Assembly: GCA_963738305.1 (NCBI GenBank)
Contig: CAVTVU010000012.1
Coordinates: 40,302 to 104,301, forward strand
Direction of reading: 5' to 3'
Origin: an uncultured Actinomycetes bacterium
GTDB taxonomy: Bacteria; Actinomycetota; Thermoleophilia; Solirubrobacterales; 70-9
DNA: 64,000 bases
The notes below the pieces were generated by a model, which saw nothing but the letters and a program-made list of their open reading frames with translations, searched no databases and was not told where the DNA came from. A program made the translations under genes and the position numbers. How positions within the stretch are numbered: position 1 is the first letter of the stretch; every line of letters begins with the position of its first letter. Shown piece after piece: positions 18,474-27,334 of this stretch.

Positions 18474-18522
18474 GACGTGGAACCTTTCAGCTGCGCTATG
18501 CGGGGTTCAGAGGTCCCACGCG
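18474..18522. repeat. 49-nt inverted-repeat element, family 2, copy A
   Basis: Sequence is GACGTGGAACCTTTCAGCTGCGCTATGCGGGGTTCAGAGGTCCCACGCG. Its reverse complement matches 38948-38996 at 42 of 49 positions by hand alignment. It lies between convergent gene ends. Confidence 0.6.
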
Positions 18523-18557
18523 CCCGTGGCCCGCACGGTTGCGTGACTTGCCGCGGC

Positions 18558-18997
18558 CTAGCTCCCTCCGGCGATCGCGGCCAGATCGGCGGGGCGCAGC
18601 AGGGCCCTCAACTCGCCCTGATCGATGATCGCCACCCCGCCCTTCTTCAGTTTCGCGCGGGCCCCGGTGAGCCGCGCCACCTCGTCGGAGAAGTCCGGCT
18701 CGTGGCCGACGAGCAGCACGGCGCCGCGCCCCGCGGCCAGGTCCTGAGCCTCGAAGGATCCGCCCCGCAACGCCTCGCAGCTCTCGACCTCGAGGCCAAG
18801 GGACTCTGCGGCGAGTCGCGCCGTCTCCGCGGCACGCACTTTCGGCGAGGCCAGGCAGGCATCGATCTCCGCCCCGAGCGCGGCCAGCGCTCGCCGGCCC
18901 GGCGGGCCTGGCGCTCGCCCTTGGCGGTGAGCCGCCGCGCCGCGTCGTCGCCCTCGCCTTCCTCCGCGTCGCCGTGGCGTAGCAGGTAAATCACCAC
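18558..18997 (-). pseudogene. sixA: phosphohistidine phosphatase SixA, one frameshift as given
   Basis: MVIYLLRHGDAEEGEGDDAARRLTAKGERQARRAG is in one frame. ALAALGAEIDACLASPKVRAAETA...AVLLVGHEPDFSDEV is in another. The junction is near 18898-18906. Confidence 0.7.
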
Positions 18998-19172
18998 GCG
19001 ATCCTAGTCTCATCGCTCATGCCCCGCGCCGACTGGTGGGCAGTTTCAGCACTCATGGGTGCGGAAGCTGTTCAGTCACTCTGTGCGCCATGGAAAGGCC
19101 GCACATAGCGACGAAGCACCCCATCGGGAGGCGGGAAGCATCTGGCCCGCTTGGCATGATCGCCCTCTGCCC

Positions 19173-22100
19173 GTGAGCGCTCCGACCGTCGCCCATCTGC
19201 ACGCCCACAGCGAGTACTCGCTGCTCGATGGCGCCTGCAAGATCGACGCGATGGCCGCCCGTGCGGCCGAGCTGGGGATGCCCGCCCTGGGGCTCACCGA
19301 CCACGGCGTGATGAACGGCGCGGTAGAGCTCTACAAGGCCTGTCGCACGCACGGGATCAAGCCGATCGTCGGGCTCGAGGCCTACCTGGTCGACGACCGT
19401 CGCGCCGTCTCCCAGCAGGTCCGTTACGAGCGCAACCACCTGACCCTGCTCGCCGCCACCGACGCCGGCTTCCGCAACCTGGTCGAGCTCACCTCGGCCG
19501 GCTTCCTCGAGGGCTTCTCGCGAGGGAAGGCGAACGTCGACATGGAGCTGCTCGCGCGCCATTCGGACGGTGTGATCGCGCTGACGGGGTGCCTGCAGTC
19601 GCGCTTTTGCCGGCGCCTGGTCGAGGAGCGTCCTGAGGACGCCCGCGCTCACCTCGACGACCTGCTCCAGGCCTTCGGCCCCGACCAGGTCTACTTCGAG
19701 GTGCAGAAGAACGGCATCCCCGAGCAGGACAAGGCCAACGAGGGAATCGCGCGCTTCGCGCGGGAGGTGGGCCGGCCGCTGGTCGCCACCGCCGACGTCC
19801 ACTACCTGCGCCGCGAGGACTACGACAACCACGCGGCGCTCCTCTGCGTGCAGACCAAGTCGACCCTCGAGGCGCCGAAGCTCACCTTCGACACCAACGA
19901 GTTCTTCCTCAAGAGCGGGCAGGAGATGGCCGAGGCGTTCTCGGAGTGGCCGGAGGCGGTGCCGATGACGCTCGAGGTCGCCGAGCGCTGCCAGGTCGAG
20001 ATCGAGCTGGGCAAGCTGCTGCTGCCGCGCTACCCGACCGAGGACGGCACCGAGCCGGAGGAGATGCTGCGCCGGATTGCGGACGAGGGTTTGCGGCGCC
20101 GCTACGGCGACCCCGCTCCGGCCCAGGCCCGCGAGCGGATGGAGTTCGAGTTGGGGGTGATCGAGGAGATGGGATTCTCCTCCTACTTCCTGATCGTCTG
20201 GGACTTCGTCCGCTACGCGAAGGAGAACGGGATCGCCGTGGGCCCGGGCCGCGGGTCGGCCGCCGGCTCGATCATCGCCTACGCCCTCAGCATCACCGAC
20301 ATCGACCCGCTCGCCAACGATCTGCTCTTCGAGCGGTTCCTGAACCCGGGCCGCAAGTCGATGCCCGACATCGACATCGACTTCTCGGTTCGCGGGCGGG
20401 AGCAGGTGATCCGCTACGTCGCCGAGAAGTACGGACGCGAGTCGGTGGCCCAGATCATCACCTTCGGCACGATGGCGCCGCGGGCCGCCACCCGCGACGC
20501 CGCAAGGGTGCTCGGCTACGACTACGGCACCGGCGACCGCCTCGCCAAGCAGATCCCCGAGCCTGTCCTGGGACGAAACCCCTCCTTCGAGGAGTGCCTT
20601 AAGCCGGGCAGCGACCTGCGTCGCACCTACGACTCCGAGCCCGACGCGAAGCGGATCCTCGACGTCGCCCAGGGGCTCGAGGGGATCATTCGCAACAACT
20701 CGATCCATGCCGCCGCGGTGGTCATCGCAGACCGCCCCCTGCAGGAGATCGTGCCCCTGCAGCTGGCCGAGGACCGCAGCGCCGCAGGCGGCAACGGTAA
20801 CGGTTCGGGCAGCGGCAAGACCGAGCGCTCCTACAAGATCGTCACCCAGTACTCGATGGGGCCGATCGAGGAGATCGGGCTCCTGAAGATGGACTTCCTC
20901 GGCCTGCGCAACCTCGACGTGATCGAGGACGCGGTCGAGATCATCGGCCGCTCGCGGGGGGTCGAGCTCGATATCGCGGAGATCCCGATGGACGACGGCG
21001 CCACCTTCGAGATGCTCGCGGCGGGAGCGGGGACCGGCGTCTTCCAGCTCGAGTCGGAGGGAATGCGCGAGGCGATGAAGAAGGTGCGCCCGAGCGAGTT
21101 CGACGACATCGTCGCCCTGGTAGCCCTCTACCGTCCCGGCGCGATGCGCTACATCCCCGACTACGCCAGGGGCAAGGCCAACCCGGCCTCGATCCGTTAC
21201 CCCGACGACCGCCTGCGGCCGATCACCGAGCCGACCTACGGCTGCGTCCTCTACCAGGAGCAGCTGATGGAGATCGCCAAGCGGATGGCCGGCTTCTCCC
21301 CGGCCGAGGCCGACGACCTGCGCAAGGCGATCGGCAAGAAGAAGCGGGAGCTGATGGCGACCATGAAGGACCACTTCATGTCCGGCACGGCCTCCTCGGG
21401 GACCGACCGCAAGGTGGCGGGCGACCTCTGGTCGTTGATGGAGGCGGCGGCCGACTACTCCTTCAACAAGTCCCACGCAGCCTGCTACGCGCTGATCGCC
21501 TACCGCACCGCCTACCTCAAGGCCAACTTCCCGGCCGAGTACATGGCGGCGCTGATCTCCTCGGTGATGAACACCAAGGACAAGGTCCCGTTCTTCGTCA
21601 ACCGCTGCGAGGAGATGGGGATCGAGGTCCTGCCGCCCGACGTGAACTCTTCCGACCACGGCTTCGTCGTCTCCGAGAAGGCGATCCGCTTCGGTCTCGA
21701 CGCCGTGAAGAACGTCGGGCATTCGGCGGTCGAGGCGATCCTGCGGGCGCGAGCGAACGGCCCCTTCGCCTCGATCTGGGACTTCTGCGAGCGGGTCGAT
21801 GCCCGCACCCTCAACAAGCGGGCGATCGAGTGCCTGATCAAGTGCGGGGCGCTCGACTCGACCAACAACTCACGCAGGGGCATGCTGGAGGCGCTTCCGG
21901 CAGCCCAGGCTGCCGGTCAGAAGGCGCAGGAGGACGCGCAGCTCGGGCAGGGGTCGATTTTCGACTTCGGCGAGGGCGAGGCCGGTGGCGGCTCCCGGGC
22001 CGCGGTCCAGCGCCCGCCGATCTCCGCGGCGGAGTTCGATCGCCGTGAGCTGCTGGCGATGGAGAAGGAGACGCTGGGCACCTACCTCTCCTCCCATCCT

Positions 22101-22706
22101 CTCTCGGAGGTCCGGGAGGCGCTGCGGGCCCGGGTCGATTGCCCGATCTCCGAGCTGGCGGGCCGCCAGGACGGCTCCTTCGTCACCGTCGGGGGGATCG
22201 TCACCGAGTGCAAGAAGATCCGCACCAAGAGCGGCTCCCAGATGATGTTCGCGACTCTCGACGACGTCGAGGGACAGATCGAGATGCTCGTGTTCAAGGC
22301 CGACGAGGCCGCGAGCGCCGCTGTGATCGCCCCCGACGCCGTGATCGTCGTCAAGGGCCGGGTCGACCACAAGGAGAGGGGGGAGACGAAGCTCGTGGTC
22401 TCCGAGGCCGAGCGTTTCGAGCCCGACCAGGCCGAGATCGATCGCGCTGCGGGCTCCGCGACGGCCCGGCGGGCCTCGGGGCCGCTGACCCTGCGGATCA
22501 ACGCGGTCGACTTCCGTCCCTCCCTCGTCGAGGAGCTGAAGTCGGTCTTCGAGCACTTCCAGGGCGATACCGAGGTGCTGCTGGTGATGGAGACCCGCGA
22601 GGGCATCCGGCGGCTGCGGTTCGGAGACGGCTACCGCGTGCAGCCCTCCAGCGGGCTGCGGGCGGAGCTTGACGGGCTGCTCGGGCCGGGGGTGATGGCA
22701 GCCTGA
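19173..22706 (+). CDS. dnaE: DNA polymerase III subunit alpha
   Basis: The ORF is continuous. The PHP domain reads HLHAHSEYSLLDGA...LGLTDHGVMNGAVE. The polymerase core shows GPGRGSAAGSIIAYALSITDIDP, PDIDIDF, FQLESEGM and YSFNKSHAACYA. An OB-fold follows at the C-terminus. GTG 19173 is the likely start; the track start at 19059 adds a non-conserved leader. Confidence 0.95.
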   Translation: MSAPTVAHLHAHSEYSLLDGACKIDAMAARAAELGMPALGLTDHGVMNGAVELYKACRTHGIKPIVGLEAYLVDDRRAVSQQVRYERNHLTLLAATDAGFRNLVELTSAGFLEGFSRGKANVDMELLARHSDGVIALTGCLQSRFCRRLVEERPEDARAHLDDLLQAFGPDQVYFEVQKNGIPEQDKANEGIARFAREVGRPLVATADVHYLRREDYDNHAALLCVQTKSTLEAPKLTFDTNEFFLKSGQEMAEAFSEWPEAVPMTLEVAERCQVEIELGKLLLPRYPTEDGTEPEEMLRRIADEGLRRRYGDPAPAQARERMEFELGVIEEMGFSSYFLIVWDFVRYAKENGIAVGPGRGSAAGSIIAYALSITDIDPLANDLLFERFLNPGRKSMPDIDIDFSVRGREQVIRYVAEKYGRESVAQIITFGTMAPRAATRDAARVLGYDYGTGDRLAKQIPEPVLGRNPSFEECLKPGSDLRRTYDSEPDAKRILDVAQGLEGIIRNNSIHAAAVVIADRPLQEIVPLQLAEDRSAAGGNGNGSGSGKTERSYKIVTQYSMGPIEEIGLLKMDFLGLRNLDVIEDAVEIIGRSRGVELDIAEIPMDDGATFEMLAAGAGTGVFQLESEGMREAMKKVRPSEFDDIVALVALYRPGAMRYIPDYARGKANPASIRYPDDRLRPITEPTYGCVLYQEQLMEIAKRMAGFSPAEADDLRKAIGKKKRELMATMKDHFMSGTASSGTDRKVAGDLWSLMEAAADYSFNKSHAACYALIAYRTAYLKANFPAEYMAALISSVMNTKDKVPFFVNRCEEMGIEVLPPDVNSSDHGFVVSEKAIRFGLDAVKNVGHSAVEAILRARANGPFASIWDFCERVDARTLNKRAIECLIKCGALDSTNNSRRGMLEALPAAQAAGQKAQEDAQLGQGSIFDFGEGEAGGGSRAAVQRPPISAAEFDRRELLAMEKETLGTYLSSHPLSEVREALRARVDCPISELAGRQDGSFVTVGGIVTECKKIRTKSGSQMMFATLDDVEGQIEMLVFKADEAASAAVIAPDAVIVVKGRVDHKERGETKLVVSEAERFEPDQAEIDRAAGSATARRASGPLTLRINAVDFRPSLVEELKSVFEHFQGDTEVLLVMETREGIRRLRFGDGYRVQPSSGLRAELDGLLGPGVMAA

Positions 22707-22713
22707 GGAATCA

Positions 22714-22773
22714 CTTGCGGCGGCTAGCGCCGCCTGACATGCATGTGCCGGCGCTAACACCGCGCCGGCAAGA
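22714..22773. repeat. composite palindromic intergenic repeat, family 1, copy A
   Basis: Sequence is CTTGCGGCGGCTAGCGCCGCCTGACATGCATGTGCCGGCGCTAACACCGCGCCGGCAAGA. It consists of hairpin 1 (GGCGGC/GCCGCC), the palindrome ACATGCATGT, and a 9-bp hairpin 2 with loop TAACACC. It starts 8 nt after the dnaE stop. Related copies are at 51171-51253 and 28724-28784. Confidence 0.65.
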
Positions 22774-22801
22774 CACCCCCCCTGGCGCCTAGAATTCGAC
22801 G

Positions 22802-23197
22802 ATGGCCACGCGCCAGAGAGAGGAGAGCGCCGCGAGGGTCGGCGAATGCCGGCGCTGCCGCTCCTTCTGCGACAAGCTGGTCGAGCCGCGTGGCTGCGTC
22901 GAGTTGCGCTGCCCCTTCCTCTACAGCTACGTCGACATGCTCAACGGCCGCCAGTACATGGGGTGCATGCAAGAGGTGTTCGCGGCCGAGATCGAGCTGG
23001 ACGCGGTGCTGCGACCCGGCGGCTTCGGCGGAGTCAAGATGACCGGGCCGCCGCTGCCCCAGTGTCAGTTCTCGGTCGAGCGCGCCTACGAGGGCGCGGG
23101 CCCGGCGTTCGACTGCGTGAACCCGCGATTCTTCGACTGCACCGACAAGGGCCCGGAGGGGTTGCGTGCGTTCGACCTGCGCGACGCCCTAGCCTGA
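22802..23197 (+). CDS. Cys-rich hypothetical protein (131 aa, 10 Cys)
   Basis: GC3 is high to the stop. Sequence includes ECRRCRSFCDKLVEPRGCVELRCPFLYSYVDMLNGRQYMGCMQ...PQCQF...FDCVNPRFFDCTDKG. I recognised no family. Confidence 0.6.
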   Translation: MATRQREESAARVGECRRCRSFCDKLVEPRGCVELRCPFLYSYVDMLNGRQYMGCMQEVFAAEIELDAVLRPGGFGGVKMTGPPLPQCQFSVERAYEGAGPAFDCVNPRFFDCTDKGPEGLRAFDLRDALA

Positions 23198-23298
23198 CGG
23201 CCCCCGGTGAAGGGCTCCGCCTTCCCGCCGCAGCGCGGGCATCTCTCTCCGCCGAGGAAGAGGACCGATTCGCAGCTGAGGCAGCGCAACGTCTCCAT
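23086..23298 (-). CDS. possible small zinc-ribbon protein
   Basis: METLRCLSCESVLFLGGERCPRCGG has a CxxC-x10-CxxC pattern. Only the first ~35 codons lie outside the convergent gene. The remaining ~110 nt overlap 22802-23197 in a shadow frame, so the true end is doubtful. Confidence 0.3.
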   Translation of the reverse strand: METLRCLSCESVLFLGGERCPRCGGKAEPFTGGRQARASRRSNARNPSGPLSVQSKNRGFTQSNAGPAPS

Positions 23299-23405
23299 GG
23301 GCGGTTCCATCGGCAGCGGGGCGAGTCCGCTTTAGACGGCGCCGGCGGTCCGGACCGGTGTCCCTGCGAAAAGACCGTGACATCGTTTCATGTAGTCTTT
23401 CGCCT

Positions 23406-24695
23406 ATGAGTAGCGAGACGGCAAACGCTGAAGAGCTGGTAGCCGAGGTCACCAACGGGACCTCGCCCGGTGCCACCGACGAGCCGCGGTTCAGCCTCGA
23501 GCTGAACCAGGACCAGAAGGACCTGCGCGAATGGGTCCACGGGTTCGCCGAGGGCGTCGTCAGGCCCGCGGCTGCCGAGTGGGACGAGCGCGAGGAGACG
23601 CCGTGGCCGGTGATCCAGGAGGCCGCCAAGATCGGCCTCTACGGCTTCGAGGCCTTGGCCCAGTTCTGGGGAGATGAGACCGGGTTGACGCTGCCGATCA
23701 CGACCGAGGAGCTCTTCTGGGGCGATGCCGGGATCGGGATGGCGATCATGGGCACCTCGCTCGCTGTCGCTGCGATCTTCGGCCAGGGCACCCCCGAGCA
23801 GCTCGGGGAATGGGTGCCGCAGTGCTTCGGGACGCCCGAGGAGCCGGCCGTGGGAGCGTTCTGCTCCTCGGAGCCCGACGCGGGCTCCGATGTCTCCGCG
23901 ATCCGCACGACCGCCCGCTACGACGAGGCGAAGGACGAGTGGGTGCTGAACGGCCAGAAGGCCTGGGCCACCAACGGCGGCATCGCCGCGGTGCACGTGG
24001 TGATCGCATCCGTGGACCGCGAGCTCGGCTCACGGGGCCACGCCGCCTTCGTCATCCCGCCCGGAACCAAGGGATGCGAGCAGGGCGCGAAGGTCAAGAA
24101 GCACGGCCTGCGGGCCTCGCACACCGCAGACGTCCACCTCGACGACTGCCGGGTGCCCGGTTCCTGCCTGCTGGGCGGGAAGGAGAAGCTCGACGAGCGC
24201 CTCGCGCGGGTGCGCGAGGGCAAGCAGGGACGTTCGCAGGCCGCGATGGCGACCTTCGAGGCCAGCCGGCCGACGGTCGGCGCGCAGGCGCTTGGCATCG
24301 CCCGCGCCGCCTACGAGTACGCACTCTCCTACGCCAAGGAGCGCGAGCAGTTCGGCCGCGCGATCATCCAGAACCAGGCGATCGCCTTCACGCTCGCCGA
24401 CATGAAGCTCGAGATCGACGCCGCCCGGCTCCTGGTCTGGCGGGCCTCCTGGATGGGGCGCACCGGTGTCCCGTTCGAGAACGCGGAGGGCTCGATGTCG
24501 AAGCTGAAGGCGGGGGAGGTCGCGGTCTGGGCGACCGAGCGCGCGATCCAGATCCTCGGAGGCAACGGCTACACGCGTGAGTTCCCGGTTGAGCGGATGC
24601 ACCGAGACGCCAAGATCTACACGATCTTCGAGGGCACCTCCGAGATCCAGCGCCTGGTCATCTCACGGGCGATCTCGGGCTTGCACATCAACTAG
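23406..24695 (+). CDS. acyl-CoA dehydrogenase
   Basis: Motifs: GAFCSSEPDAGSDVSAIRTTA...NGQKAWATNG...QFGRAIIQNQAIAFTLADM...QILGGNGYTREFPVERMHRDAKIYTIFEGTSEIQRLVISR. ATG 23406 (MSSETANAEE) is preferred over the track start. Confidence 0.9.
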   Translation: MSSETANAEELVAEVTNGTSPGATDEPRFSLELNQDQKDLREWVHGFAEGVVRPAAAEWDEREETPWPVIQEAAKIGLYGFEALAQFWGDETGLTLPITTEELFWGDAGIGMAIMGTSLAVAAIFGQGTPEQLGEWVPQCFGTPEEPAVGAFCSSEPDAGSDVSAIRTTARYDEAKDEWVLNGQKAWATNGGIAAVHVVIASVDRELGSRGHAAFVIPPGTKGCEQGAKVKKHGLRASHTADVHLDDCRVPGSCLLGGKEKLDERLARVREGKQGRSQAAMATFEASRPTVGAQALGIARAAYEYALSYAKEREQFGRAIIQNQAIAFTLADMKLEIDAARLLVWRASWMGRTGVPFENAEGSMSKLKAGEVAVWATERAIQILGGNGYTREFPVERMHRDAKIYTIFEGTSEIQRLVISRAISGLHIN

Positions 24696-25555
24696 CGCTC
24701 GCGGGCCTTCAGCCCCGCCGTGCGCAGGCGCCGCGCCGCGGTCACCTCCCGGCGGTCGGGGCCCTTCTTCTTCGGTCCCGGCGTCTCCAGCGTCGCCGGC
24801 AACCCCTCGAAGCGCGGCTCGGAGAGGAAGGCGGCGAGGCCCTCTCGCCCCATCTCGCCCTTGCCGATGCTGGCGTGTCGATCGCGGCATGAGCCGAGGG
24901 GTGCGGCGGCGTCGTTGACGTGCACGGCGCCGAGACGATCGAGCCCGAGCTTGGCGTCGGCCTCGTCGAGCACCGCCCCGAGGTGGGCGGCGTCGGTGAT
25001 GTCGTAGCCCTGGACGAAGAGGTGGCAGGAGTCGAGGCAGAGGCCGAGGCGCTTCCCTCCTCCGGCTCGCTCGATCAGCTCCGCCGTCTGGTCGAAGTCG
25101 CGGCCGAGCAGCCCCTTGTGGCCGGCCGTCTGCTCGAGCAACAGCGGGCAGCGCTCGCTCTCCTTCAGAGCCGCCGACATCACCTTCGCTGCCCGCCGGA
25201 TCGAGGGGCCGAGCGGCTCGCCCTTCTGTGCGCCCGGGTGCAGAACCACACCCGCGGCGCCGATCCCATCGCCGACTCGCAGGGCGTGGGTGAGTGAGGT
25301 GAGCGACTTGGCCTGCAGGTCGCGCTCCTTCGAGGCGCAGTTGATCAGGTAGACCGCGTGGATGATCACGGCGTCGATCCGCGAGGGGGGCATCTCCTCG
25401 CGGAAGGCTGCGAAGTCATCCTCCGAGTAACGGGTCGGGCGCCACATCCGAGGACTTTGGTTGAAGATCTGGATCGAGTCGCAGCCGAGCGCCTCGCCGC
25501 GCTCCAGGGCTTTGGTCAGCCCGCCACCGCTGGAGACATGTGAGCCGATCAGCAC
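24692..25555 (-). CDS. nfo: deoxyribonuclease IV (endonuclease IV)
   Basis: Motifs: MLIGSHVSSGGGL...SIQIFNQSPRMW...VIIHAVYLINCAS...VVLHPG...LLEQTAG...LCLDSCHLF...VHVNDA. Confidence 0.9.
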   Translation of the reverse strand: MLIGSHVSSGGGLTKALERGEALGCDSIQIFNQSPRMWRPTRYSEDDFAAFREEMPPSRIDAVIIHAVYLINCASKERDLQAKSLTSLTHALRVGDGIGAAGVVLHPGAQKGEPLGPSIRRAAKVMSAALKESERCPLLLEQTAGHKGLLGRDFDQTAELIERAGGGKRLGLCLDSCHLFVQGYDITDAAHLGAVLDEADAKLGLDRLGAVHVNDAAAPLGSCRDRHASIGKGEMGREGLAAFLSEPRFEGLPATLETPGPKKKGPDRREVTAARRLRTAGLKARER

Positions 25556-25564
25556 TGCGTTCGG

Positions 25565-25819
25565 TCAGCTCGCAGCCGGTTCCGGGCGGCCGATCTGGCA
25601 GTCGTTCCCGGCCGGCACACAGGCCCTGACGGCGCCCAGGGCCACCTCGGCGTCCTCCGCCTCGACCACCGCTACGGCGCGGGCGGCCTCCTCGGTCGAG
25701 AGCCCCCCGGGGCCGAAGCCGGCCGATGCCGGCCCTGTCGTGTGGATCTCGGCCGCGGCGAGCGCGCTGACCACTGGTTCGAGGGACGCGCCGCTGATCG
25801 GGACGTTGAAGATCGGCAT
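25565..25819 (-). CDS. hypothetical protein (84 aa)
   Basis: MPIFNVPISGASLEPVVSALAAAEIHTTGP... ends 10 nt upstream of the nfo start on the same strand. The longer track ORF (to 26113) is shadow over gltX. Confidence 0.45.
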   Translation of the reverse strand: MPIFNVPISGASLEPVVSALAAAEIHTTGPASAGFGPGGLSTEEAARAVAVVEAEDAEVALGAVRACVPAGNDCQIGRPEPAAS

Positions 25820-25842
25820 CGGCGGCAAGTCTAGGCGCGGCT

Positions 25843-27249
25843 GTGGAAACATCCGCGCCCATCGACGCCTCCAGCACAGACCTCCGAGTCCGGTTCGCAC
25901 CCTCGCCGACCGGCGCCCTGCACATCGGCGGCGCCCGCACGGCGCTCTACAACTGGCTGATGGCCCGCCACGGCGGCGGCTCGCTCCTGCTGCGGATCGA
26001 GGACACCGACCGCGAGCGCTCGACGCCGGAGAACGTGGAGCAGATCCTCGACGCCCTGCGCTGGCTCGAGCTCGACTGGGACGAGGGGCCGATCTCCCAG
26101 GCGGAGCGGGCACCGCGCCACCGCGTCGCTCTCGCGAAGCTGCTCGAGTCCGGCGCCGCCTACCGGGACGCAGCCACCGCCGGGGACGTCCGCGCCTGGA
26201 AGGAGCGCCACGGTGCGGGGCGGGGCTACCGCGGCCAGCCGAGCGAGGAGGAGGGCGCCGCCGTGCGGCTGCGGGTGCCGGACGGGGGCCGGACGGTGGT
26301 CGAGGACGTGATCCGGGGCGAGGTCGCCTTTCCCAACTCGAGCTTTGACGATTTCGTCATCGCTCGCGGGGACGGGTCGGTCCTCTACAACTTCGCGGTC
26401 GCCGTGGACGACGCCGAGATGGGGATAACCGCCGTCGTCCGCGGCGACGACCATCTCTCCAACACGCCCAAGCAGCTTCTGGTGCTCGAAGCACTCGGGC
26501 AGCCGCCGCCGCGCTACGCCCACCTGCCGCTCCTGCACGGCCCGGACGGCAAGAAGCTCTCCAAGCGCCACGGGGCAGCCTCGGTGCAGGAGCTGCGGGA
26601 GGCCGGTTACCTGCCGGTCGCGGTCCGCAACTACCTGGCGCTGCTGGGATGGGGCACGACCGACGACACCACCCTGCTCAGCACGCCGGAGCTGATCGAG
26701 CGCTTCCGGATCGAGGACGTGGGGCGGGCCTCGGCGATCTTCGACGAACAGAAACTGCGGTGGATCAACGGCCGCTACATGCGCGAGATGTCGCTCGACG
26801 ACTACACCGCCGCAGTCGCCGCCCATCTCAGCCGCGAGCCCGACGGGCGGCTGCACGCGGCCTGCGAGATCGCGCAGGAGAAGGCGCAGACGCTGAATGA
26901 GGTGTGGCCGCTGATCCGCTTCCTCTTCGAGCCGCCGATCGACGACCCGAAGGCCTGGCGCAAGGTGATGAAGGACGGGGCGAGGAACGCGCTGGCCGGT
27001 GCGCGTGAGGCGCTGGCAGGCGGGCAGGCCTTCGAACCCGGCGCCGTCGAGGCGGCGCTCTCACCAGTGCCCGAGCGTCTCGGGCTGGCCCCCGGCAAGG
27101 TCTACCAACCGATCCGGGTGGCGATCACCGGCTCGAGCGTCTCGCCGGGCATCTTCGAGTCGCTTGCCGCGCTCGGCAGGGAAGAGGCGCTGGCCAGGAT
27201 CGACGCTGCGCTCGAGCGACTCGGGCACGAGCAGACCGCCGGCGGCTAG
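25843..27249 (+). CDS. gltX: glutamate--tRNA ligase
   Basis: RVRFAPSPTGALHIGGARTALYNW (HIGH motif), RIEDTD, and KLSKRHG (KMSKS motif). Confidence 0.95.
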   Translation: METSAPIDASSTDLRVRFAPSPTGALHIGGARTALYNWLMARHGGGSLLLRIEDTDRERSTPENVEQILDALRWLELDWDEGPISQAERAPRHRVALAKLLESGAAYRDAATAGDVRAWKERHGAGRGYRGQPSEEEGAAVRLRVPDGGRTVVEDVIRGEVAFPNSSFDDFVIARGDGSVLYNFAVAVDDAEMGITAVVRGDDHLSNTPKQLLVLEALGQPPPRYAHLPLLHGPDGKKLSKRHGAASVQELREAGYLPVAVRNYLALLGWGTTDDTTLLSTPELIERFRIEDVGRASAIFDEQKLRWINGRYMREMSLDDYTAAVAAHLSREPDGRLHAACEIAQEKAQTLNEVWPLIRFLFEPPIDDPKAWRKVMKDGARNALAGAREALAGGQAFEPGAVEAALSPVPERLGLAPGKVYQPIRVAITGSSVSPGIFESLAALGREEALARIDAALERLGHEQTAGG

Positions 27250-27334
27250 CCCGAGCGACGCGACCGCGGCCGGGAAGCGGGGCTTCCGCCTCGCCCCCAG
27301 AGCTAAACCGGGCGGCTCCTGTTGCCGATGAGGA

